Positions 21,642-31,862 of a stretch of DNA of 64,000 nt are shown here, one piece after another. The notes under the pieces were generated by a model that saw only the letters and a program-made list of their open reading frames with translations, was not told the DNA's origin and made no database searches. The position numbers and the translations under genes were made by a program. Numbering within the stretch: the first letter of the stretch is position 1; each line of letters starts with the position of its first letter. Source of the stretch: a virus (taxonomy: Duplodnaviria; Heunggongvirae; Uroviricota; Caudoviricetes); IMG/VR virus record IMGVR_UViG_3300027734_000034. One strand, 5' to 3'.

Positions 21642-22438
21642 AACAACTATTCACCCCTACTCACACTAAAGTTAAAAATTTACAATGGGCATTGCACCTA
21701 TTCATCATTCCTGCTATCTATTTTGGAGACATGTATTATTGGTTAACTACCTTAATAGTATTTTGGTTGATGCATGGATTAGGTTCAGGTATAGGCGCAC
21801 ATAGATTCTATACACACAAGACTTTTACTACTAGTAAAGTGTGGGAAATAATAATGTCATTTTGTTTTACTGTCAGTTGCACAGGTTCGACTGTTGGATA
21901 TACTTTGATGCATCTCAAACATCATGGATTTAGCGATCAAGATAAAGATCCGCATAATCCAGAACCTAACTTTTGGAAAACATGGTGGGGAATTTATGAT
22001 GAGACTAAGTTAGTATTTGGTCCCAAAGTGTATGCTAGATTGATGTCTAATCCAATAATGAATTTTTTCCATAGGAACTATTTCCTTATAATCATATCAT
22101 ATGTATTATTATTAGCATTGATAAATCCCATGCTGATTATTTTTGCTTTTGCTATTCCCGCTGTAATGCAATTTCAAACTAATGCGATTTTGATAGCACT
22201 AGTACATTCCCCAAAGAGCAAATTTGTCGGAGGATATCGTAACTTTGAAACTACTGACCGTTCAGTTAATATATGGTGGTTAAAGCCGTTATTGCTTGGA
22301 GAAGAATTGCACAACAATCATCACGGGATGCCAAGTAGTATAACAATGAATTCAGGTAGAGGATGGAAAGACTTTGATCCATTGTACTATGTAATCAAGT
22401 ATGTTATTTGCGGAAAGGAAACTGTTCGTGAAGTATAA
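21638..22438 (+). CDS. Membrane fatty-acid desaturase (delta-9-like)
   Basis: His boxes HRFYTH, HLKHH, HNNHH; DPHNP; GEE. Confidence 0.9.
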   Translation: MKQLFTPTHTKVKNLQWALHLFIIPAIYFGDMYYWLTTLIVFWLMHGLGSGIGAHRFYTHKTFTTSKVWEIIMSFCFTVSCTGSTVGYTLMHLKHHGFSDQDKDPHNPEPNFWKTWWGIYDETKLVFGPKVYARLMSNPIMNFFHRNYFLIIISYVLLLALINPMLIIFAFAIPAVMQFQTNAILIALVHSPKSKFVGGYRNFETTDRSVNIWWLKPLLLGEELHNNHHGMPSSITMNSGRGWKDFDPLYYVIKYVICGKETVREV

Positions 22439-23264
22439 AATACTAGATGCTAATGCAGTAGAGGTCTATGATGTTGACTATAAGAATTTATCTACGGATG
22501 AAGTTAATCAGATAGCAGAGTTGTATTTCAAACATCTTGTTGTGATAGCCAGGGATCAACACTTATCTCCAGAAGATATGATCAAGGTAGCAAATCAGTT
22601 TGGCGTTCCTGAATATTTTGATCCAGAAACACAACGACAAAGAGCCGCTGAGAATGTCAATGGAGTACAAAGAGTTTGCAAAGGATTCAATGACGATGGT
22701 ACTCCTAAAGGATTGTTTGGGCATGATGAAGAATTGAATTGGCATGCTAATCGACCATCAGCAGAGAACGAACGCAAACCTATCATATTCCTAGTAGCAG
22801 CACATGATACTAAAGGATCAAAGATAAGCTGGGCCAATATGGCATTAGCCTACGATGATCTAGACCAATCGACTAAAGATTTCTTAGAAGATAAGAAAGG
22901 TATATATGGATTTGAGCCGGACACATATACTAAGTCATTCAACATATGGAAACCACATCGCAATAAAGATGGACAGAATTTTATCAGAACGAATCCAGTA
23001 GGGATAAAAGGAATGTTTTTTCCTTATTATCAATTTTTTGGATTTAAAGATGTTGATGAGAAAACTAATCAATATTATAAAGAACTTCTATTCAATCATT
23101 CTTATCAAGACAAATATTGCTATCACCATGAGTATGAAGATGGCGATGTTATATTTGGAGATCAGTGGTTAACTGTTCACAAACGATGGGCTTGTGAATT
23201 AGGTAATAGAATGATCTATAGAGTTTCTATGGATTGGTCTAAATGTCTAACTATCTCATTGTAG
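22428..23264 (+). CDS. TauD/TfdA-family dioxygenase
   Basis: LNWHAN, HHEYEDGDVIFGDQWLTVHKR, R.IYR. Confidence 0.8.
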   Translation: MKYKILDANAVEVYDVDYKNLSTDEVNQIAELYFKHLVVIARDQHLSPEDMIKVANQFGVPEYFDPETQRQRAAENVNGVQRVCKGFNDDGTPKGLFGHDEELNWHANRPSAENERKPIIFLVAAHDTKGSKISWANMALAYDDLDQSTKDFLEDKKGIYGFEPDTYTKSFNIWKPHRNKDGQNFIRTNPVGIKGMFFPYYQFFGFKDVDEKTNQYYKELLFNHSYQDKYCYHHEYEDGDVIFGDQWLTVHKRWACELGNRMIYRVSMDWSKCLTISL

Positions 23265-23971
23265 TAGGTATTTAAAATAGTATTACAGTACTCAATTTTT
23301 TCTATTCTGAATGAGTCACCTATCATACTTTGTAGAAAATCGATAATATCTACAAATCTTCTATCAACTAGCATAGTACATAAATCTATTGAATTTTGTG
23401 TAGGTTTGGTATTAAATTTATTTAACACCAATTTATTACTGTTTTCTTCTGTCCCGGGGTAACATGCGACATTTCTATCAAATTGATATTTCAACCCTCT
23501 TTCAGTCGTTGGAATAATAGATAGTTGTTTTATATTATATCCTAAACTAATCATTTCATCGTACGGTATAATATTGCTCCAGGTATGCATACCATATATC
23601 AATCTCATATCTTTTATATCAACATCATTATTACTATAAAACTTAATATCATTTGTTTGATGTTTCCATTTTTGCTGTTGAGCAATCAAATGAGTTGCTA
23701 AATTTTCAAAAAAATAAACATAATCAATAGTAGATGAAGGGTCACACTTGTCTAAAAACCAATTCACTATTCTTTTTGGAATTAATATATCGTAATCAAT
23801 TTCTCTTGAAGCTGCATTCTGATTTATTGTTGTAGCGGATAATATTCTTGAATTCTCATAGTGTAATTTACTATCTAGTTCAGCCCATAATCTTAATAAC
23901 AGCTGGCCAGATGAACCAGGCATATAATCTATTAAAATTAATTCATTGTTTTCTAGTATTGAAAATTTCAT
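23216..23971 (-). CDS. Hypothetical protein (sulfotransferase/P-loop-like N-terminus)
   Basis: IDYMPGSSGQLL. Confidence 0.4.
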   Translation of the reverse strand: MKFSILENNELILIDYMPGSSGQLLLRLWAELDSKLHYENSRILSATTINQNAASREIDYDILIPKRIVNWFLDKCDPSSTIDYVYFFENLATHLIAQQQKWKHQTNDIKFYSNNDVDIKDMRLIYGMHTWSNIIPYDEMISLGYNIKQLSIIPTTERGLKYQFDRNVACYPGTEENSNKLVLNKFNTKPTQNSIDLCTMLVDRRFVDIIDFLQSMIGDSFRIEKIEYCNTILNTYYNEIVRHLDQSIETL

Positions 23972-23972
23972 G

Positions 23973-24542
23973 TCACACTAAATCAAGTAGAATATTATTT
24001 AGATTAGGATCTATTTTTGACACCCAAGTGTTTATTGAATAAATTTCTAGTTCTCTTTTATCTTCACCTCTTTCAATAGAATATTTAAAATCAAACACTT
24101 TTATTTTACCATTCTTATGTGTCATATTGGCCATTGCATTATTAATTTTGTAAATATTATTTTCTTTGAAGAACTTAAAAATTTCAACTATTTGTTCTGA
24201 TGCGTCAGGTATAATGTGATTTAATCTAGTACTTTCATGCTCGTACCAAGTCAACAAATCTGGATTTGTCCACTCTTGTATTAAATAAAAACCCGGCTCG
24301 TCTTTTAATTCACCATGCTCGTATAATTCAATTACCATATCAGATTTTAATTTAGTTGACCAATGTATTTCAGTATTAAAAAGTGAGGTTATTCTTTCCA
24401 TAGATGTCTCAAACGGTTTTTTGCCGGTTATAGTAATACTATCTGGTTTATAAAATTTTTTACAAAGACCTGCATCCTTGTCTACCCAAACTTCAGCGGC
24501 CGACCCGCGGGACCCATTATCTTTTTGAAATAATTTAAACAT
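23973..24542 (-). CDS. Protein/small-molecule kinase-like protein
   Basis: GSRGSAAEV, CKK, EI, N..N, KVFDF. Confidence 0.5.
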   Translation of the reverse strand: MFKLFQKDNGSRGSAAEVWVDKDAGLCKKFYKPDSITITGKKPFETSMERITSLFNTEIHWSTKLKSDMVIELYEHGELKDEPGFYLIQEWTNPDLLTWYEHESTRLNHIIPDASEQIVEIFKFFKENNIYKINNAMANMTHKNGKIKVFDFKYSIERGEDKRELEIYSINTWVSKIDPNLNNILLDLV

Positions 24543-24551
24543 TTAATCTAA

Positions 24552-25133
24552 TCAACGATTACTTAATATTACTGCTACTAAATGAACTCTTGAACCTTTA
24601 CTCCCATTAAATGCGGTATGTCTTTTTGTAGTATCTGCTATATGCCATTTGTTTAATGGTAAAGTCATAACTTCATCTTCTATTACTAAAAAACATCCTT
24701 CTTGTGATACAATTGGATAATGTAACCTAGGAGTATCATCAACATGCCAACTCAAACATGTTTTTGGTTTCAAATTCATCAATCTGATCCTACCTAATAT
24801 ATATCTTTCATTTAACATATTAAAAACTGTTTCAAAAGTTGTTCCTTTAAATTGACTGCACATGACCGTAAAGTCAGATTCATTTAACTGTTCTGTTTTT
24901 ATAAAAAGATTACTAATATTATCAATACCGTTAACTGAATCTATTTTAGAATTATTCCAATCAAACATTAAACTTCCTGCACCTTTGTGAAAATCATGTT
25001 CAAAATTTGGTATAGAATTTAAACAAATTTGATTTTGTTCTCCCCAGCTTAACACCTTTGAACTTATTAATTGATCAAGTTCTATGGATAGTGTTTCGAA
25101 TGTTGGTAAATTTACTTCAGTAAAATATTTCAT
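24552..25133 (-). CDS. Asp/Asn beta-hydroxylase-like 2OG-Fe(II) oxygenase
   Basis: RIRLM..CLSWHVD..RLHYPI..HTAFNGS..RVHLV. Confidence 0.8.
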   Translation of the reverse strand: MKYFTEVNLPTFETLSIELDQLISSKVLSWGEQNQICLNSIPNFEHDFHKGAGSLMFDWNNSKIDSVNGIDNISNLFIKTEQLNESDFTVMCSQFKGTTFETVFNMLNERYILGRIRLMNLKPKTCLSWHVDDTPRLHYPIVSQEGCFLVIEDEVMTLPLNKWHIADTTKRHTAFNGSKGSRVHLVAVILSNR

Positions 25134-25153
25134 TTGATATTATATTAATAATG

Positions 25154-25678
25154 TTATGGTCTAATTAAGCATTCAGTAACTCTATATTTAATTCCCCAAT
25201 TAATCTGTTCTATTATATATTTTGCAGCATCGCTAACTTCTATATATGATTCAGGGTTACAATCTCTTAATACCCGTTGAGTACCTACCCAGCCAAATTT
25301 AATATTAATTACTTTGCATGGATCGTCTAAATGACTTAATTGCTCAGAGGCTTTGTCTAATGCAATTTTGTGTGCTGTATACATGTGGGGAAAATTTTTG
25401 ATTCCGCAAGTAGTGGATGAACCTATATTAACTATTATTTTGTTGGAACCTTGCCAAACTTTAAATAACTCGTATAACAAAGTTACCTGATTAAAATCAG
25501 CGTATGCATTATTGATGAATACATCACACTCAATAGACTGTAATATTATAGATTCTCTGTTTTCTTTAACTGTAATATCATATCCATTACTCTTAGAGAA
25601 CCCTATATAATTTGATTCTAATAAATTAGTCAATGCTAATCCTATCCCTTGAGTATGACCTGTAATTGCGTACTTCAT
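25154..25678 (-). CDS. Short-chain dehydrogenase/reductase-like protein
   Basis: ITGHTQGIG, DVFINNA, NIGS, YTAHK. Confidence 0.8.
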   Translation of the reverse strand: MKYAITGHTQGIGLALTNLLESNYIGFSKSNGYDITVKENRESIILQSIECDVFINNAYADFNQVTLLYELFKVWQGSNKIIVNIGSSTTCGIKNFPHMYTAHKIALDKASEQLSHLDDPCKVINIKFGWVGTQRVLRDCNPESYIEVSDAAKYIIEQINWGIKYRVTECLIRP

Positions 25679-26310
25679 ACAAACCTTTTGAATCCCCAAA
25701 GTCTTTCTTTGCACCACCAGCAGTTATTACAGTGTCCTAAAAAATCAGCCGGAGGATTTTCTATTTCGCAGCTTCTAGTTAATGGAAATAACGTTTCTGT
25801 TAAGTTTAAAGAGTGGTACATTTCAGCTATTTTTATTTTATCAATATTAAAAAATGGAAAACAAAAATTATCATAAATTATAGATTTTACTATTAACGGG
25901 TCTCTCTCCACATGTTCAGTATTGTCAATTGGTGTCAAAAAATTATCTGCTATGTCTTTAGGAGGATTAGCTGTTAATCCTGCATATAATTTAGTTATTT
26001 TTTTATTTTCTAACATTTCATTGGGCAATCTAAGTAATTTTTCATTATTTTGTACATCAAGATATACTACATGATGATTTATATTATTGTTTTTGGTTAA
26101 CTCTACGCACTTGTCAATTACATTAGCTGCAACTTTTGCCGGTAATCTTCCCTTAAGGTCTGGTGCTAATGTAAATACTTCAAGTGTTTCTTTTTTATTT
26201 AATAGTAAAATATACAATAAAAGGCTACTATCGGTTCCACCGGAGAAATTTATTCCTACGTTCCCATCAAATAATGGAATTTCTACATTTTCTATTATTA
26301 TATTTTTCAT
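25675..26310 (-). CDS. QueC-like PP-loop ATPase
   Basis: SGGTDS; TRSCE..HCNNCWWCKER. Confidence 0.75.
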   Translation of the reverse strand: MKNIIIENVEIPLFDGNVGINFSGGTDSSLLLYILLLNKKETLEVFTLAPDLKGRLPAKVAANVIDKCVELTKNNNINHHVVYLDVQNNEKLLRLPNEMLENKKITKLYAGLTANPPKDIADNFLTPIDNTEHVERDPLIVKSIIYDNFCFPFFNIDKIKIAEMYHSLNLTETLFPLTRSCEIENPPADFLGHCNNCWWCKERLWGFKRFV

Positions 26311-27416
26311 ATCGTCCTCTTTGGCAATTTACTATCGGCACTACTTACACATGAATTACTTATACAAATCATAGGCTTATCGAATAATTTGAATCCAGTC
26401 TCTATGTTTCCCAGTGGAGTATCAGTGCAACTATAACTACGCTTGATACTACCATCTGGTTCTCTGATGATTATGCCTTGAAATCCACTATTACATTCCC
26501 AACCTTTAAAATTGTTGAACCCGAACGCATTGAATCGTTCTGCTTGATCCATGTACCATTTCTTACCGTATTTATCAGTGAATTCTACTTGCATGTGTGC
26601 AGGCACACTACTATCATTTTCTCCTGCCATGTGAGGAGGAACTTCAAATTTAGCTTTTGGTCTATCATTCCATACACGCTTCTTTTCAGTATAAGCACGT
26701 TGCGGCATACCATTATGTAACTGTTTCATCTGTTCTTCAGTATACCCACTGACTACAAAATTAGCAGTAGGATCGCTCTGCGGTTTCAACGTGACATTGA
26801 TTCCTTGATTGTGGAAGAACAATGCATTCTCGTAGTCTTTATCAAACCATGCGGGAACCATTACCATGTTGATGGTTATCTGTACATCATGTTCTTGACA
26901 GAATATCAGTTTATCTGCAAAGTCTTGCATCTTCTCAATCGTGTCAAGATGCTCTGTGTGTAGACTCGCCGTGATGCTAGCACGATGAAATTTCTTAGCA
27001 TGTTCTACATATGTCTCAAACCATTTCATATTCCTAGAACAGTTACTGGTCATATGTATGCTAGTGTAATTAGTATTGTCTACATCATTCGCTAGATACT
27101 TTAGTATGTCTAGATATCCAGGATGAAACGTAGGTTCACCACCACTTAGACTAAAATGAAAACTATTAAATCCATTAAGTCTAGCTTGAGATTTTATCTC
27201 ATCTATAGTACTTAAGCATAACTCTGTAGGTCTATGGTCTTTCGTATCACTACGGGCATAAGGCCAGCAATAGCTACATTTGTAGTTACAAAATCTACCT
27301 AGCAACCAACTGACGGTGAATAGGTCACGATACAATAAAGTTCGTTGGCCTACTTGCACTATATCTTTAAATGGGATTTTAGTGAAATCATAATCACTGT
27401 ATTTTAAATCAGTCAT
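26307..27416 (-). CDS. Radical SAM protein with C-terminal SPASM/twitch-like Cys
   Basis: CNYKCSYC, SGGEP, C-terminal CNSG..C..C. Confidence 0.9.
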   Translation of the reverse strand: MTDLKYSDYDFTKIPFKDIVQVGQRTLLYRDLFTVSWLLGRFCNYKCSYCWPYARSDTKDHRPTELCLSTIDEIKSQARLNGFNSFHFSLSGGEPTFHPGYLDILKYLANDVDNTNYTSIHMTSNCSRNMKWFETYVEHAKKFHRASITASLHTEHLDTIEKMQDFADKLIFCQEHDVQITINMVMVPAWFDKDYENALFFHNQGINVTLKPQSDPTANFVVSGYTEEQMKQLHNGMPQRAYTEKKRVWNDRPKAKFEVPPHMAGENDSSVPAHMQVEFTDKYGKKWYMDQAERFNAFGFNNFKGWECNSGFQGIIIREPDGSIKRSYSCTDTPLGNIETGFKLFDKPMICISNSCVSSADSKLPKRTI

Positions 27417-28369
27417 AATATATATGGGGCCACATTAAATCCATGTTTGGACAATAACGACAAATTCTTTTTGTGCCAAACAATCAATTCATCATTAAAT
27501 GATGAATCATAGTCAATATCAAATATTTCTTCTAAATATCCTTTAATAAAGATTTTAGAATAATCAATAATAGTAACTCCTCTTTCTTTTAATGCTGGGA
27601 TTTGAAAATTTGAATAGGCTTCAAAATTTCCCATTATTTTATAAAAATACTTATTATATAAATCAAACGGAGTTGAATTAAAAATTTCATTAAAGGTAAT
27701 GTTTTTATCATATTTCATATATGCAATTACGTCTAACTGCATTCCGTACATAATCGTTATGTTATTTTTTATAACCCAATCTAGTCCATTGTTTAACAAG
27801 CTAGACAATTCAGCGTCATTTATATACCTACTACGGTCATGCTCAAAAAATTTAATTTTATCATTCTCTTTAAGGCAGATATGTTTAACTGCTAAATCTT
27901 TTATAAATAATAAACTTCCTGCATAAGTATACCATTTTTCATTATCAGCACATATCAAATAAGTATTTTCTTTAGTAAAGTATGAATTTGATAAAATATT
28001 GCATCTAAACAAAGGTGGCTTGTGATCTTGTTTTAAATAAACAATAGCCTCATTTACTTTGTCTTTTATGTTATACCCTAAAAAATCATTTTTAGTTTTT
28101 ATGACATTGATTAAATCAGTAATTGATGAATTGTAAGTAAGGTTGCAATGATATACTAAATGAAAAAAATATGGCAATCTGACTAAAGTTCTATTTTCTG
28201 AAGTTACAATAACTTGAGTAGAAACATTATTCCTAAATTTTTTAGTATGTGTCGAGATTAAATTAGTTAAAAATTCACCACCTGCCCCTCCACCATACAT
28301 GAGATAGTATATTGGATAATTGCATAATGCTTCTAAAATTAGTTCATCATCATTCATATATAGCTCCAT
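27413..28369 (-). CDS. Hypothetical protein (sulfotransferase/P-loop-like N-terminus)
   Basis: YGGGAGGEFL. Confidence 0.4.
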   Translation of the reverse strand: MELYMNDDELILEALCNYPIYYLMYGGGAGGEFLTNLISTHTKKFRNNVSTQVIVTSENRTLVRLPYFFHLVYHCNLTYNSSITDLINVIKTKNDFLGYNIKDKVNEAIVYLKQDHKPPLFRCNILSNSYFTKENTYLICADNEKWYTYAGSLLFIKDLAVKHICLKENDKIKFFEHDRSRYINDAELSSLLNNGLDWVIKNNITIMYGMQLDVIAYMKYDKNITFNEIFNSTPFDLYNKYFYKIMGNFEAYSNFQIPALKERGVTIIDYSKIFIKGYLEEIFDIDYDSSFNDELIVWHKKNLSLLSKHGFNVAPYIL

Positions 28370-29643
28370 GTTTTTATTAAAGTAGAAACAAATGGAAAAA
28401 TATTAATCCAATCTTGTTTTTGATTTATAGCTAACCGATTAAATACTCCTACTAATTGTTTTCGTGTTTCATTGAGCAACGATTCAGACATTATCATACG
28501 AGATGAGGTACAATACTTCTCATAAGAATCAAGTTTTTTTAATATTTTTTTGTCCCCGTTAGCTTTGTTTTTTACAATATCAAATATAGTATTCTGTTGC
28601 CGTTCATCAAGTAAATTGATATTGAAAAATGCTGGGTTATATACTAAATGACTAGTACCAGGATTTTCTATGTCTCTGTTTATCTTCTTATAGTTTTGCT
28701 TCTTTATCCATATCATTAAGTCAGAGTAATGTTCCAGTGTTAATATACTTACTGTAGTAGAAGTGAACACAGTAATGTTTTCCGCAGATTCATCCAACAT
28801 TTTTAAATTTTGTTCAATAGTTTCCCATTTTGAAGGGTAACGAACAGCATCGTTAGCAATTCCATACGCATCTACACTAGCGCAAATTCTAATCACTTTG
28901 AATTTTTTCCACATGTCAAACAACAACGGAGGGAATACAGTTAAGTTCACGCTATATTCTAACTCAATGTTTTTTGCGTAACCTTCTTCTATCAACCTAT
29001 TCAATAGATAATGATGGTACTTAATTATTAATGGTTCACCGCCACCGAACTTAATCTTGTTTAAATATTTTGAATTTTCGATTAATGCATCTATCTTATC
29101 TTTGTCATTGGCCCAATCAAAGTCGCTATCAGCTAATTTCAGATTGTAAATCTTGTCATCTACAATAAAATGATCATGTCCAGTTATCTCTTGATAATCT
29201 TTATACCATAAGGTAGATTCACCGGGAAAACACATTACACATCGTAGATTACATTGATTTCCTATCCTAAGGTCTAGTGAAACTAACTTTGAATTAGTTA
29301 TCGTACCGTCGACGGTCGTGCTGTTGATAGCATCATCAATAGTAAATGTATCTAAATGTCTTTTAGTTTCCCAATCGTTTCTGCTGTTACTTCCCGTACT
29401 AGTATCAACCTCACACCGCTTGCATTGTTCTGGCCACACCCCATTTAATATATCTTTGCGTACTTGCTTAAGTGTGTCACAATTTAATACATTGTCTATG
29501 TTAGCTAAACTATCTGCTTTCAATGTCACTTTATCTTTGGACAGCACGGTATTTTCATTACTACCACTTTGACTATGGGAACACATACGGAGTGTTCCGT
29601 TATTTTTAATTGCGACATGAGTCCAAGGTAAAGGGCACCACAT
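28354..29643 (-). CDS. Radical SAM protein with N-terminal twitch/SPASM domain
   Basis: CPLPW..C..CKRC; CNLRCVMC; GGGEP. Confidence 0.9.
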   Translation of the reverse strand: MWCPLPWTHVAIKNNGTLRMCSHSQSGSNENTVLSKDKVTLKADSLANIDNVLNCDTLKQVRKDILNGVWPEQCKRCEVDTSTGSNSRNDWETKRHLDTFTIDDAINSTTVDGTITNSKLVSLDLRIGNQCNLRCVMCFPGESTLWYKDYQEITGHDHFIVDDKIYNLKLADSDFDWANDKDKIDALIENSKYLNKIKFGGGEPLIIKYHHYLLNRLIEEGYAKNIELEYSVNLTVFPPLLFDMWKKFKVIRICASVDAYGIANDAVRYPSKWETIEQNLKMLDESAENITVFTSTTVSILTLEHYSDLMIWIKKQNYKKINRDIENPGTSHLVYNPAFFNINLLDERQQNTIFDIVKNKANGDKKILKKLDSYEKYCTSSRMIMSESLLNETRKQLVGVFNRLAINQKQDWINIFPFVSTLIKTWSYI

Positions 29644-29699
29644 ATATTCTTATTTGTTATTGATATTTATACAGTATAAATACGCTGGGAACAATACTT

Positions 29700-30545
29700 A
29701 TGCGTGATTCGGAGAATAGACAATATACAAGTGAATGGCTACAACATGAACGCCCTCAACCCATGTACGATTCATCTATCAACAAACTATATGAATCAGT
29801 TTTCTACACCAATCCGGCATACAATGATGATATAGCTAATGAATTCAAAATAGAATTCATACATTTTCTTAACAATCATTCACTCAGTAAATTATCAGGT
29901 ATTGATATGTTCCCTCATACTGATATATGTGTGGGGTGTACCCAATTTATTGATGATATCTATCAGCGTGTAGGTACCAATGATGTTATGATATTTGAAA
30001 ATGATTACAAATATCACTGGAGATTGAACAATGACATTGAATATGTTACATTAGATACGCTTGTTCCAAATAAAGAATTGATAATCTCTATGCCTTTCCC
30101 TGCACACGGAGATGTGCATCCATTAATGCATACTATATTAGACCGTTGCGAACAACTAGATATACCCGTGCATTTAGACGGTGCATGGATAACTTGTAGT
30201 AGAGATATAACATTCAACTTTGATCACCCTGCTATCAAAACTTTTGCTGTAAGTCTAAGCAAAGGTGGAATGGGCAATGATAGAATAGGTGTACGATTTT
30301 CACGCACTAGACCATGTGGAGCGATAACCATAATGAATGACTTTAATATGAATTGCAAAAGCCTGTTACATACTGGATTGAAGTTTATGCAAGAGTTAGG
30401 TTCTGAATATTTCTGGAAAAAATATGAGACTAGATACTATAAAGTATGTGAAGATTTCAATCTAATACCCACTAAATCTATACATGTAGCTAAAACAATG
30501 CAAGGAAAAATCGTAGGTATCAGACCTTTGTTGAGATGTTTATAA
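29700..30545 (+). CDS. PLP-dependent transferase-like protein
   Basis: HLDGAW, SLSKG, RIG; own TATAAATA promoter at 29675. Confidence 0.65.
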   Translation: MRDSENRQYTSEWLQHERPQPMYDSSINKLYESVFYTNPAYNDDIANEFKIEFIHFLNNHSLSKLSGIDMFPHTDICVGCTQFIDDIYQRVGTNDVMIFENDYKYHWRLNNDIEYVTLDTLVPNKELIISMPFPAHGDVHPLMHTILDRCEQLDIPVHLDGAWITCSRDITFNFDHPAIKTFAVSLSKGGMGNDRIGVRFSRTRPCGAITIMNDFNMNCKSLLHTGLKFMQELGSEYFWKKYETRYYKVCEDFNLIPTKSIHVAKTMQGKIVGIRPLLRCL

Positions 30546-31859
30546 GAAGTATTTCTCTAATGATGGAATTATATCAACTATATCTTGATTACGTTCTTTA
30601 TCTAAAAACTTAGTATAATTTACAAACTCTGAAAATTGAGTTTCGTGCAGGTCTTCTTGATTCATGTATGTAAGAATTCCAGTGTATATATCATTTGCAC
30701 GTTCAATTAACGCACTGTCAATTTCAGATTCATTTAATTTAATCATAGATTCTTTGTATCTAGTTTCTATCTGAGTTTTTATCTCAGGTGGCAGTACCCT
30801 AACATTTAATGACAATGGACGATGTGCTACATGATGTGATATTATAGGACGATTTGACCTTATACTATCTAGACCACTTTCAAATATTTTCCATTCAACA
30901 AAATCAGCTATATGTAAAGCATTATATGCGGTAACTGTAACGGTCAACCAGCATTTTATATTTGTTTGAGTCTCTACTAACTTATTTAATTTTTGTAGAT
31001 TGGGGTATAGTTGACTCCATTTAACAGGCCATCTTTGATATTCGACTACCTTACCAAATCCATCTATACTTACTCCTAACTCTACTTGCTTGAATTTTTT
31101 CCATAATTCTAATGCTCTTTTGGGTAATGTGGTTCCGTTAGTATTATATTCTAATTTTATATTTTTGGCAACATCCTTGTCTATGCATTTTTGTAAGAAC
31201 TCGTAGTGCCTCTCTATCATTAATGGTTCGCCTCCTGCCATATAAACATGCCGTATGTTAGCCAAGTTACTCTCAATTTGTGTCCAAAAATTCTCTGAGT
31301 CATGCCAATCATAATCATTAGTAGCAAGTCTGCCTACGCTGTTTCTAATAAGCTGAACTTTTCCGTGTGTATCATTAAAGCTATCTTTTCCAGTGTAAGA
31401 AGCCCATTGCTCATACCAACTATGACTATCAGTGGGACCGCACATTCTGCAAACTAGATTACATAGATTTCCAAACCTCATGTCATAAGATATAACCGGA
31501 AATTTCTCAATATCAATAGTTCCATCATCACTAGTATCATTTATTACATCATCTAATGACATTTCCCAATCAGCAATAGCATAATGTCTGTTGCTGGTCA
31601 ATCCATTGTTTTCTTCTACTGTGCATCTTTTACATTCAGGACTCCATTCACCTACAATCATGTTCTTTCTAAGACGCTTCATTAACTCTGAATTACGTGA
31701 TTCATCTAAATTGGCTGTTGCAGCATTAAATGTAGTGCCATCATCTCTGATAAGGATTCCCCTATTAGGACTTTGATTTGCTTGACAGCAAACGCGAACA
31801 TCTCCGTTGTTACGGAATGCTTGGTAAACCCAAGGCAAAGGACAAAACGTATCAGACAT
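30540..31859 (-). CDS. Radical SAM protein with N-terminal twitch/SPASM domain
   Basis: CPLPW, VCC, CKRC; CNLVCRMC; AGGEP. Confidence 0.9.
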   Translation of the reverse strand: MSDTFCPLPWVYQAFRNNGDVRVCCQANQSPNRGILIRDDGTTFNAATANLDESRNSELMKRLRKNMIVGEWSPECKRCTVEENNGLTSNRHYAIADWEMSLDDVINDTSDDGTIDIEKFPVISYDMRFGNLCNLVCRMCGPTDSHSWYEQWASYTGKDSFNDTHGKVQLIRNSVGRLATNDYDWHDSENFWTQIESNLANIRHVYMAGGEPLMIERHYEFLQKCIDKDVAKNIKLEYNTNGTTLPKRALELWKKFKQVELGVSIDGFGKVVEYQRWPVKWSQLYPNLQKLNKLVETQTNIKCWLTVTVTAYNALHIADFVEWKIFESGLDSIRSNRPIISHHVAHRPLSLNVRVLPPEIKTQIETRYKESMIKLNESEIDSALIERANDIYTGILTYMNQEDLHETQFSEFVNYTKFLDKERNQDIVDIIPSLEKYFL

Positions 31860-31862
31860 AAT